Origin: Amphiscolops sp. MND2022
Lineage: Eukaryota
Length of the DNA stretch: 64,000 bases
Assembly: GCA_964187785.1 (NCBI GenBank)
Contig: OZ076413.1
Coordinates: forward strand, 46,750,001-46,814,000
Direction of reading: 5' to 3'
Part shown: in pieces, positions 13,917 through 25,397 of the stretch
Layout: each line of letters begins with the position of its first letter
Numbering within the stretch: the stretch's first letter is position 1
Made by a program: the position numbers and the translations under genes
The notes under the pieces: generated by a model
What the model saw: the letters and a program-made list of their open reading frames with translations, nothing else
What the model was told of the DNA's origin: nothing
Databases searched by the model: none

Positions 13917-15676
13917 TTCCTTGTAGAAACGTTGAATGAGAAGTTTTTTAGCAATTTTGGTTTGAGTTTCTTTGCGGCCGTTTCCGAGAGAACTTTAGGG
14001 TAGGAATGACGAGGTGAAGTCAGACTGACTATAGGTCTGCTCCCGTTTTCACGGGAACGGTTAAGCGGGAAATTTACCCACATCTCCCCCAACTATTTCC
14101 TTATAGGTTTCAATTCGGGTGAATGGACATCAACAATCTAGAGTTTACGGTCTGTAAAAGTTTATTAATTGCCTCTTGAGTTGAGTTTACTTTCCTTTTC
14201 AAAGACACCTCATTGCCGCTATAAGAGGTGTTAGTGTTAATTCTCTGTAAACAATTGGCATCAAAGACCTTTGGTCAGGCCGACTGCAGTAGTAGGACTG
14301 ACCAGTTAACTTTCTGAATGAGTGGATGATAATAATGGGTGAAACCGAGTAAAATCGCAGAGTAAAGAGAATTAACTAATTTTCATGAAATTGTTTGTAA
14401 TTCTATGGAATGAAATTGCACGGAGCGTTTAACCGAATGAAGATATGTTAATTTTTCAATATGTTAACCTGTAATAAGTACACCGCTGGCAGATACGGGA
14501 CTTATTGTCACGGTTGTCTAGATAATTGATAACATTGAGCAAGTTCACATGTAGCCACGACTCTTTGATGTTAGGAATTAGTAGCGACGAAATGTACATA
14601 TTGGATAAATTCAGGGAAGGGATGGAGATGGTTTCATAAATGCTAGTGGGCACTGAGGAGCATCATAACGCCATTAACTCCGTTTCAGGTAAGAAGGTGA
14701 TGATGACGTCATATTTGTAATAGGTTACTCTTTATGGAGTGTGAATAGTAGTAGTCAGGTATTTGTTTGCAGTCAAGTGGACTTTGCGTCTAATTAGTCA
14801 AGTACTACTATGCTAGTAAAGGAGCGCTGTCTAGTGTACTTTCAGTGTAAATGTATTCATGACGTCACTTGGATGGTACAGCGTGTTAGTATAGTGAAGC
14901 AGTCTGGTTAAGTAAACATAAGAATTAGATAGCCTTAGTAACTGGTGCGACAAAGAGTATCAGTTGACATCTTTCGTTTAATTCAGCCAGTGGAATTTCA
15001 TTCATTATTCTAGTTGTAATCTTTCAATTCAATTGCATTCTCCTTGTTATTTGATATTCAAGTAGTATCACTTGAGCTGTACTGATTTACCTTTGTAATT
15101 TAGTGCTGTCTCTCTGACCTTGGATTTCAAAGTAGCGGGTATCATCGCAATCAATTTGAACTTTCCATTCCAGGAATCATTCCTACATTTAAATTTCTTA
15201 TCTTGTCAATTGCTGAGTAATCAACCTCAAGTAGCATCACTTGAGTTGCAATAGGTTATTTCGGTATTCTTTTGCAGTCTCTCTGACCTTGGGTCTATTG
15301 CCAGCTTTCTGAGTAAGGCCAACCACTATTTCTGAAGTAATTCGGCAGCTAAACTGTTATTTCCCATAAAGTGAATTACTTATTTTGGGATCTTTGGGGA
15401 ATTAATCTACTTGGGCGGACCTGACTTGCTGTCAACTATCCTGTAACTGATCCAACTCTTCAATACCCAGCGCAAATTACGAAAGGACTGAGTCACATCA
15501 ATTCTGCCCTTCCATATGGATGAGACATCAGGTTGGTTCTTTTAATTTTGTTAGAAATAAACTTGATCAGGGTTTTAATTCTAACTTTGCCACTTCCTCC
15601 ATCATGAAATGTTCTGTCACGAACGTGAACATTGTGTCTAATCTACTTCCGGAAGTTTTCTTAAATTTGCGGCAAG

Positions 15677-18600
15677 ATGGATTTTTATGCAGGAAGTCAA
15701 CCGCGCTCATTTATATCTTTCCTTTTAGGAGAGAATTCAAACGGCCAACCAACTCAGTCTAACGAAGAGATGATGGATACTAGCCAACAAAATGCTGACG
15801 TTGAAGGACAATCTAGTGACCGCACGGAGGATGAGATTGAAGTGGTTGAGATTACCTTATCCTCTTCCGAGCCCGAATATTCCCCTCAGAAACAGCCTGA
15901 ACCAGAGGTCACTACACCGGAGCGTTTAGGTGTAGCTCAAATCAAGCGTGAGGCCGAGAATATATCCCTTTTAGCTGAAATTTACAAACGAGGAGGTTCC
16001 GTGTTTGCCAGTAGTGGTTCCGACGAAGGTGTGGGTGCCTATTGTTCTCGGAAATTTGCTGCTATGTGCTCCCAGGGAAAGAAAGATGCACCTGACGTTC
16101 TGTCAGCCCCTCCTAAGGTCAGCATCAGCGAACCCATAGAACTGAATCCAACCGTTCCTCCTGCCAAACCAATTACCGAGGTTCATGAACAAGAACCGGA
16201 GAAGCTTTCTCTTGCGACTCCTCCTGTACACTCCAACGTACGCGATCAGGGACAAGGCAGTAAGCACCCTAAGAGTAAGGTCAACATTAGTGCTCTACCA
16301 ATGGAATTTACCTTTGCCCCTGCGCGAGAACACCCTGTCGTCAGCGGAGCCTCCGCCTCCAGCCCCATTGATTCTCAGTCTCGAGCTACGTCAGGAGAGG
16401 ATGTACCCATGTCATGCAATGAAGCAGAAGTCCCAGCCATTAGTGACCCTGAGTCCGTCCAGCCCAAGAGGTCAACATTAGCTGACGCTATTACTGCTCC
16501 AGTCAAGAACTTTGCTCCTGCCCTAAGTGAGTCCAGCTATGTTTCCCCTGAGGAAGCAATCCATCGCACCGGGGGGCCTGCCCCACTCTCTATCAATAGT
16601 CAAGAGCTAATTCGGACCTATTTTGAGAAAACCCCCTCATTTAATTTGCCACAGGGACACCCGACCGTCGCCCTCAACCAAGAACAAATTGGACACATTT
16701 TACGAATCGTCGCAGATGAGACGGCAAGAGCATCGTTTGAGATGCTTAACAGCGTCGTTATACGTGCTAGTCAGTTGAGCCTCCGTGATTCCCCATCTGC
16801 AAGTAAAGGCCCAATGCACCGCCCAGTATCCCTTCGTTCTTGTTCTACTGGGTCAGAAGGGGACTTGACGTCTTACGGGGTTGAGGACAGTGGTCGCGAC
16901 GTCAACAGTAGAGGAGCAACTAGTGAGGGGGAGTTCTGGAGCGATATTGATCCTGGACACTGCTCGAGTCGATTGTCAGCTGTCCAAATTCCTAGTCCTC
17001 CAGTTGCTAGTAGCAGCCGTGTTGACCCAGCTGCCACCCCCAATTCTGCCACTTGCGAAAGCCCTGGAAACCAGACCTTGGCAGAATTGAGGCAGGAAGC
17101 AGCCAAGACAAAAGGCAAAGGGCAAAAGAAACCTGCACCAAAGGTCAAGCCCAAGAGCCCTCGTAAAGCCGTAACAAGGTCTAGTAGGATTCTTAGAGAT
17201 GAGATGTTAGATGGGATGGCATGGACAAGAACATTTGTATCCGGTCCTATGGACCCTAAGTGGAACCCTTACAAATTCTATTGTCAGATTTGTAAGGGGA
17301 ACATTTCAATTTATGGACGCGGCGCTAAAGAAATCCTCAGGCACCATTCGACTGAACGTCACCTCCGCAAGGACCAGAGGTGGCGGTACGAACACCTTAC
17401 AGTTGAAGACCCGGTCACCAAAGTCATCCACCATCATGTTCGAGACAGTAAAGGTCTGATATTGTCTCCCAAAGATCTCAGGAGGGAGTATGAGCACTTC
17501 TAGAAGGCAGAATTAATTGACATCGGTGAAAAACTTCCCTATTATCACGAGGCTATGGCTGGCATCACGCACATGACGTCTTCCTCAGATAATAGAGTTC
17601 GCGTCCAGATATCCGTCCTCGGGCACTTCTTACCTTCAATCGGTGACCTTGGGTTGCTCAGGAGGCTTTGGAAGGATGTGGGCGTTGTTGTGAATCACCA
17701 AGCCCTCTTCTCTGACTTCAATTGGGGCAAAGAGAGACTTTCTGTTAGTAATTTTACTATGATAAAACCAAGTCTCTTTAATCTACGCAGGCCTATCAGC
17801 TAAACCTAGGGTTCGAGACTTCCTTGGACGTCAGGATACCTCCTTTTAGGTGATTGGGTTGAGAATTTTCTCCATTTTAGGTGCTTTTCCATCACATCTT
17901 TGTGCAAATGCTGGAAGACATAGGACATCACGTCGTTGCTAATGGCTATTACGCTGTTGAATTCGAGGTCAAAGGTGTGTTTCTCTTCCTACACCTACGT
18001 TTCTGGAGGGACAATCAGCTCTGTAGGGTCCTTCTCAAACGGACTGGGCGTGTGCTAGGACGTTGCTCTGCCGAAGTCAATCTACTGAGTGGGCTGCTAG
18101 CTGCAATTTCGACGAGTCCTACTCTTGTTTGCTGCAGTGGATGTTCACTAGAGCTGGTTCAATTGTTGGACAAAAGCCCTTTGTTTCCCCGAGCGATCCA
18201 GAGTCCCCAAAGGTTTGAGGAGTTGTCTCTCCAGAAGTTAATGCATAAGCGCAACAATTGTGTCTTCGGAAGAATCAACTTTGTGTCAGTGCTGCAGTAC
18301 CTTGTAATCTTCCTAGGAGGCAGTCTCAGCCTTGAGTGTCTTCTTCTCGCACCCGAACATTCAAAGGTTGGAGATGTTTTTTTGACCTGCTGTCCGGTCA
18401 TATTGTAGATTGCCTTTGTGACCATTTGTCTTGTTTTTAGGCTATCCGTAGTTGTAAACTCGACTACGCTAAGCTTCACGTGATGTGTCAGGAATTGTTA
18501 TCTAACTGGGATGCAGTCTTGGAGTATTTGGGATCAGCTACTGTTACTCAAGAGATGCAAGGAGTGAAGAATCAGGTAATGACCTTGTGTCTGTCGTACT

Positions 18601-19909
18601 GAAAGTTCGCCCATGTTCACTGTTAGGTACCAGGTGTTATTCCTTTCAGCCACAAAGTCTGGAGTGGTCCATTGTGTATGACGACCTGTTCACTACCAAG
18701 CTCGAACTTTTCCAGATTCTTGCACGGGATTGTTAGTAAATGTTGTTTCTTATTGTGGTAGGAGAAGTTTTTTAATTAAACAATCTTCGGTCTTCTGAAA
18801 TAACCTGACGTAGAGTGCATTTTAATAATTTTGTTTGTATACTTCGCGTCTAGTTGACTACGTTAGTAAGCGGCTTGTGATGTTTAGATGCAAATAGCTT
18901 CGCCATCAGCCTTAGTGGACGCAAGGACCGCAACTTCTACTTGTACCGACAACTGTGCCAATATTTGTTCAAGCTCGCTCGAAGATGTTCCAACCCTGCA
19001 GATTTACCAGACGAACAAAATTGGACTGCGATCTTAAGTTTGGATATCAAGAGCGTAACCGCTCTCACAGTCTCCGAGTTCATCTCCCGGATCAAATTGG
19101 GTTCGCGACTTCGGGTCGCATGCAGGGCCATGGCAGAAAAGGACATCCGAGACAAAAAGGACCAGGGGATGCCACTTGATGCGTTGGCAAATAAGAACAG
19201 GGACGACTTCGGGAGGTCTGCCAGAAGTTACGTTTCTCACCTGTTCAGTTCCGTCCGAAACCAGAAGACCCTTACTACTGATCTAATGAAAGGCCCAAGC
19301 AGTTTTGACCTGGATACGCTGTTGCCTGAACCTCTACCGCACGCAATGTACTGCTTTTCTCAGCTGTTCGCCAGCTTCCGACTCCGAGGGCACTTTTCAT
19401 TGGAACAAGAAATTGAATGTCAAGAAGAGTATGCGTCATTTGTTGATGATCTCCGACGCAGGTATCCAGAGTTACGTCAACCTACTCTTTTCATCCGGGA
19501 TACCGTTGCTTTCCTGATCGAGCAAGCTACCCTCCTGAGTCGTCCGTTGCTACTCAAGCTTTTCCGCTTGGCTTGTTTGTGCCTCGATGAGCCTTTCCAG
19601 GCCCTACCTCCAGTCAAGTTCGGTTCAGTTGATTCTGACGATCCTACAAGTGGTTTTGTAGACGTGGTGTTACCTGTACAATCTTTTTTCCAAAAAGTGC
19701 CTTATAGTGTGGAAGCTGTCAGCTCCGATCAGTCCGTTGCTGCTTTCTTGCGCTTGGAACCCACTTTCGTTGGAGTTGGGACGTCAGATATTTATAGCCC
19801 CAGGGACAGTGTAGATTTCTTTGGTCGTGCCGAAATCCTTGAGCGATTGGATCCCGATGGAACGAAGTCTGCTGAGTGGAAGTCTGCCCGATGGAACGAA
19901 GTCTGCTGA
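15677..19909 (+). pseudogene. Antisense spliced accessory gene: BED-like C2H2 finger plus degenerate hAT-transposase-like protein
   Basis: Exons 15677(or 15729)-17743, 17881-18366, 18441-18575, 18650-18731 and 18888-19909 are joined by four phase-compatible GT-AG introns (137, 74, 74, 156 nt). One in-frame TAG at 17501-17503. Possible first exon 14640-14688. Confidence 0.8.
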
Positions 19910-19952
19910 GTGGAAGTCTGAGTGGAAGTCTGCTGAATGGAAGTCTGCTGAG
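19853..19952 (+). repeat. Exact 34-bp tandem duplication followed by GAGTGGAAGTCT(GCT) sub-repeats
   Basis: 19853-19886 equals 19887-19920; encodes KSAEW-type repeats. Confidence 0.9.
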
Positions 19953-20213
19953 TCTAAGAAGTCCAAAGTATCTAAAAAGATGAGTCACTTATTGACCCGG
20001 AGCGAATTAAGCCAATCAGCTGAAAACCTCTTGTCTGCAACCAGTTCTAAATTTTAATTGTATTTATGTGCATCTGTTTCTAGACTGTACATTTGTTCAT
20101 TTTCTTCTTTGTTGTTTTATTTATGACTGTTGGATTGTATCTCTGTAGTTCAGGTCCCAAGAAAAAGGTATTTGTTAAAGAAAATGACGGGGCAAGTAAT
20201 TCAGTTTTCCTGA

Positions 20214-23200
20214 CTAGTATCTATATTCATCAGTAAAGTTGGGGGTAGGGTTAGGGCGTAGATTATATTTTCCTCCCCTAGGACTTTCATTCTCTGCAAC
20301 TGGATCATCTGTTTCTCTATCTGATAAATCGGGCACGATTATATCCTTCTCTCTAGGATTTGAAAAATTAGGGTTTCCTGCTTCTGAGGGGCCCTCGGAG
20401 GTGGTTGTATCAGGTTCTGAATCAGTATTTGATTGCTGTCCGGTTGACTCAAGGTCGGTCTCGGACGCAATTTCAGTCGACTGCCCAGGTAGTTGCTCAG
20501 ACTCCTCTGAGTTAGTATCGTGTTGCAGTCTAGTGGACCGAGGGTCCAATTCGGCGAGTTGGTCTCTGCGCTGCTCAGCAGCTCCGTCATCAGTATTTTG
20601 GTCGTGTCGCGTGGACCGAAGGTCTAAATCGGTAATTTTGGCGTCCCGTTGATCAGAATTCATTGAAGGATCGTCGGAAGCATTTTTGAATTCGGAATTC
20701 GGTGGGAAATCGTCAAATTCAGTCTCCCAAGAAATAATGTAAAGATCATCCTGTGGTATAATAATTTCATCGTCGGTCTGTAAATTTCCCTCTGGACGGA
20801 CATCACGTATGTCTGTATTTGGAGTATATTTTCGCAATCTAATACGGTGTAAGATTTGTGTTTTATTAGAATTGAGTTTTCTGACGATGTAGTTTTCATT
20901 TGGCAAAACTTTTTCGATGATATAGGGTCCAGTCCACCGGAATTCTCGGAACGGGATTTTTGACCCTTGGTGGTCCGCTAGCGGCTGAAGTATGAAGCAG
21001 TAATCACCCTGGTGTAACGGAGCTGCTTTCGCTTTGCGGTCATAATATTCTTTATATTTTAAGTACGATTGCATAATATTTTTCTTCGTCCTGTCAATGA
21101 GAATTTGAGTACGCCTTTGTAATTCTTCGGCAAAATCTGTTGTAGGTAGGATCTTTGGGTTTGGATTTAGTCCTAACCGATGGTCTAAGATATTATATGG
21201 TATCCTTCCGTGAAAAATCCTGGAAGGCTCGCATCCGATGCTTGAATGATAGGTGGTATTGTAATTGAGGACGGCCAATGGTAGATACTTATGCCATTCG
21301 CGCCGATATTCGCCCGAAGCCATCTTGAGGTTACACTTGAGGCTGGCGTGAGTTCTCTCTAATTTACCTATCGTCTGCGGATGCTTCGTTGTTGCACATT
21401 TGATCTGAATTCCCAATATTTTTGCCACCTCGTCGACTAGACGTGATGTAAAAGCCGTGCCTTTGTCAGTAATTAAGGTCGTCGGAACGTAGGCATGTCT
21501 CGTCATGATGTCGATAATTACTTTTGCGGTACTAGAGGCTGATGCGTCGGTGACTGGATAGGCAACTAAGTATCTGGAGAATACGTCAAGTGCAGTAATG
21601 ATGTTTTCATATCCTCCACTCGGGGGAAGATTGGGTAAGAGATCAATCTGTAAGGCATCCTCAGGACCGAGATCCCATTCAGGTAAATTGAGTAGTTCCG
21701 GCGTTATTGATGGATTTGTGGTTCTTTTGTCTTTTATGCATGTTTCGCATCCTAGGTCCCATTTTTTGACGATTTTTGCAATTCCCGGATAGTAGTATTT
21801 TTGGCGGATTTCGTAGAGCATCTTGGAGATTCCTGGATGTTTGTTCGCCGATCCGTGTAATGATTGGAGTAGTTCAGACACTAGGTGTTTGGGTAAAAGG
21901 GCCTGTCGGTATTGTACATTACCTGTTTCGTCATAGTAATCTCGAATGACGATATCGTCCTGTACGGACAGACGGTCGATTTGACTGCAGTAATGCCGGT
22001 AACGTGGATCCTGTTGTAGAATCGTTTCCGAGTAGTCTTCTTTCTGTAGTTTAAGGCGTAGATGGTGTAATATTACGTCGTTTTGCTGTTCAATAGCCAA
22101 GGTGGTTCTGTTTAATAGTCTTTGTGATGTTGTCTGTTGGGAAGAAATGCCTTGGTGTACACTGAGTTTCTCAAAGGAAATATCAGGTACTTGGTTCGTC
22201 GGGTGGGACCTAGCGTCCTTTTTCCGTTGCCATATTTGCTCTTCCGTTTCCTCATCTTCGTCTGTAAAGAGTATCTGGTCTTCTTCGATTACTCCAGCCG
22301 ACTGGACGTTGAGTTCGATAGGTGTTGTCGATATATCCTCCCGTATACGGAGTATGAGTTTCTCTTTAGGGCAGATTTCTAAGCGTGACAAGTAGTCGGC
22401 TGCGGTGTTGTTTTTGCCTGGTATATGGGCAATTGTGAAATTGAACTGGATAACGTAGTCACACGCGTTCCACAAAGTTGGCGGAATGATTTTAGTTTGA
22501 AAAAAGCGAGTAACGGACTTGTTGTCTGTTAGTATGATCACCGGTTTCGGGGTCCCCCAAAAGATGTGTCCAAACTCCTTGAAGGCAAAGAATATCGCTA
22601 GGAATTCTTTTGCATAGATGGACATTTTCAGTTGAACGGGACTAAAGGTCTTGGATCCATATGCTACTGGTGCAAACGCTTTTCGCGTTGAACTATATTT
22701 CTCCATTGGATCGTCCTCGATGAGAACTGCATAACCTGCTGCCGAGAAACTAGCATCAGTCATTAATGCTATTTGTTTATTGGGCAGAGGTTGTTTGAGT
22801 GCAAGTTCGCAACATCGGTCAAGAGCTTTGTTGATATCGGTGAATTGTTCTATCAGATCAGGTGTGACTGTGACCTTAGCATCATTTTTCAGTAGTTTGA
22901 AAAAGGGTGTCAGTTTTTCTGAAAGCCTTGGAATGTAGTTACGGTAATAGTTCAGGAAGCCCAAGTATCTTTGGAGTGCTTTTTTGGACTTTGGGAATTT
23001 CGTTTTCTCTAGGAAGTTTTGGACTCTGGGTCGTTGTGGCCGCACTCCTTCAGGAGTGATGGTGCGTCCCAGGAAGTCAATTTCTTTGGCACCAAAGTGG
23101 CATTTATGCATCGTTAGTTTAAGACCTGCAGTCCTAATGCACTCAAAAGTTGCCCGAAGTTTGTTGATAAGTTGCGTAGTGTTGTTGGCAGCAATCCCAA

Positions 23201-25397
23201 TATCATCAACATACTGAGCGCATTGGTCTGCTTTGATCACTTTGTCCAAATATTCGCGCATAAAGCTCGAGAAGGCTGACAGGGCCCTACTCAGACCTTG
23301 CGCAAGTCTGCGATAGGCAAAGGTTCTGCTGGCGAAGTCGAAGGCCAGCATCTTAATTGACCTCTGGTCAGCCATCTGGAGGCAGTGATATGCTTGAGAA
23401 CAATCTAATTTGCAGAATAATCGTTTGCCTGCCATGTGTTGTGCGGCATCTGTGAGCGTACTGACTGGATGGTTATTGTTGATGTAGTCGTCAGAAATCA
23501 AGTTGTTGATCTTTCGTAGGTCGACCAAGAGTCGCAGTTTGCCATTGGGTTTTTCTGGGCAAAAATAGGACTGGCGTATTTGGAAAACGGGAGTGTTGTT
23601 ATAATCCCATATCGGTGTAGTAGTGCTAATTCAACAAGAATGTCTTCTTTGAGGTTAATTGGTGTGGGCAAACTTTGACTATAGGCAGGGGAGTCATCTT
23701 TAGGGGTCAGTTTGATCTTGAAATCCTCATTCATGCCTATATCGAAGCGGTGGCGAGCAAATATGTCGTGAAATTCAACCAGGAGTTCTTCAATTTGGGC
23801 AATTTCCGTTGGGTTGAGCGTCGAGTCTGCCCAATCAAAGTTGGCGAGAAACTGTTTTGTGGACTCAATGTCATCCTGAGGGTTAAGTTTCTCTAATTCC
23901 TGTAGGTTTTGTAATTCTTTCAGGATCCGTTGTTGTATTGGTGTATGTGTTTGAGGGTCTCCGGGGTCTTCCGGAGTAGGAAACCAATAGTGTTCGCTAC
24001 TATCATCAGTTTTCGGAGATTTGATGAGACTGCTGGCATAGTAGGCGGCATTCTCGGGATTATCTTGTAAAAGGTGCCATGTGGTCACTGGGTCAATGGG
24101 TTTGACGTATTTCATCTGTTCTGGCGTGAGGACGGAGAAATTAGCGATGTGTGAACCTCTTTTGATGGTGTGTGATTGGTCAGTGAAGTTGTTCACGTGG
24201 ATCGTAACCTGACCTTGAGTCAAAGTGACAAGAGCAGCACAGAATGTTATATCTCCATCATCTGCAAGGTCATTGCTCGGTTGAAGAATTCCAGTTACAT
24301 TCGCGTCATCGTATAGCTGAGAATACATAGAGACCATGTGTCTATCATTGGGTGGAATTGTTTTATCCTCCCGTGCGCAGATAGGTTCCATGACGTTGGT
24401 GTATTTGTGGTCCGCTGTTTTCAATTGCATGGAGAAGAATGGGAAATTTAGAATTCCCTGTCGCATGTCTAATATGGTATTGTTCCTCTGGAGGAACGAA
24501 AGACCAATTAGTGGACTGGTAAGTTTTTCCATAACTATGAAGATCTCATGGAAATCGATGTCCCCGACCTCAAATTTGAGTTCGACAGTGCTCTTTGGAG
24601 TCTCCAGCTGTCCGTTAGCTACCATTATCTGGAAGTTGGGAGCTGGGCCCTCTTTAATTATTGACTGATGGGCTAATAATCGGATTTTTCGTAGATCAGC
24701 TTCTGGGATTGCGCTAGATAGGGCTCCCGTGTCTACAAGGCCATCTAAGGTTAGTTCGCCAAAATCCATTGGAAAGTAGAGCATGCGTCTCTTGTATTTT
24801 AGTCCAAGGTTGGTAGTCAACGGGACGTAGGCGGGTTCACCGAGTCGTGAGATTAACGTGTTCACAAACCGTTCTTCCACTGTTGCAGCTAGCGTGACCA
24901 CAGGTCCGTCTGGGGCGGTCTCCTTCATTGTTTCATCCTGGGTAGTCAAACTAGTGGCGGAGCATTTTCTCTGCCATGGCATGGGTCGACAAGAGCCTTG
25001 GTCAGAGCCTCGTTGAGATTTTGGTCAGTTTTATATGAGTCAGTTTCTATTTCCGTAAAATTTTTGTGGAAATTGTTATAGAAATTGAGATGATGTTGGT
25101 TGTAGATCTGAATGTCCCAATAGGGGTCAAAACCAAAATCTGGGTCCGGATAATAGGGATTATAGTTATCAATGAGTGGGAGAGGACGTATAGTATTAGT
25201 ATTGTATTGCTGTCTATCGGACTGGTAGTCCAAGTCGTGGAGTTTGGTAGGAGTATTTTTCACCTGCTGCTGCCAGTCAGCTGATGAAGTTTCTTTAAGT
25301 GATGAATAATATTCAGTGTAGTAAACAGTAGAGGGGTCAGAAATTATATATTGTCTAATTCGTAGTTTTTCATTAAAGCAGAGTCGTGGCAAATCTA
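20214..25397 (-). pseudogene. pol: Pol (protease, RT, RNase H, integrase), split over three frames
   Basis: PR LVDTGA; RT YVDD; RNase H TDAS...KE...TDNK...ADYLSR; IN H-H-C-C, D...D-35-E, GPY. A -1 slippery site precedes the gag stop. There is a frame break at about 24946-25025 and one A missing in the A-run near 23550 (restoring it gives AQKKPNGKLRLLVDLRKIN). Confidence 0.93.

Noticed and set aside
15677..15728. ORF-track start MDFYAGSQPRSFISFLL
   Set aside because: It overlaps a strong pyrimidine tract plus TTAG acceptor (15728) and is probably intronic; the true start is uncertain.
13092..19909. env gene in the post-pol region
   Set aside because: No signal peptide, furin site plus fusion peptide, or C-terminal transmembrane helix is evident, and the large gene is antisense.
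14600..20200. Nested autonomous hAT transposon as the explanation for the cargo
   Set aside because: No TIRs or 8-bp TSD found, catalytic residues are not recognisable, the element's own motif occurs in this region, and a homologue sits in the same context in a second element. Not fully excluded without other copies.
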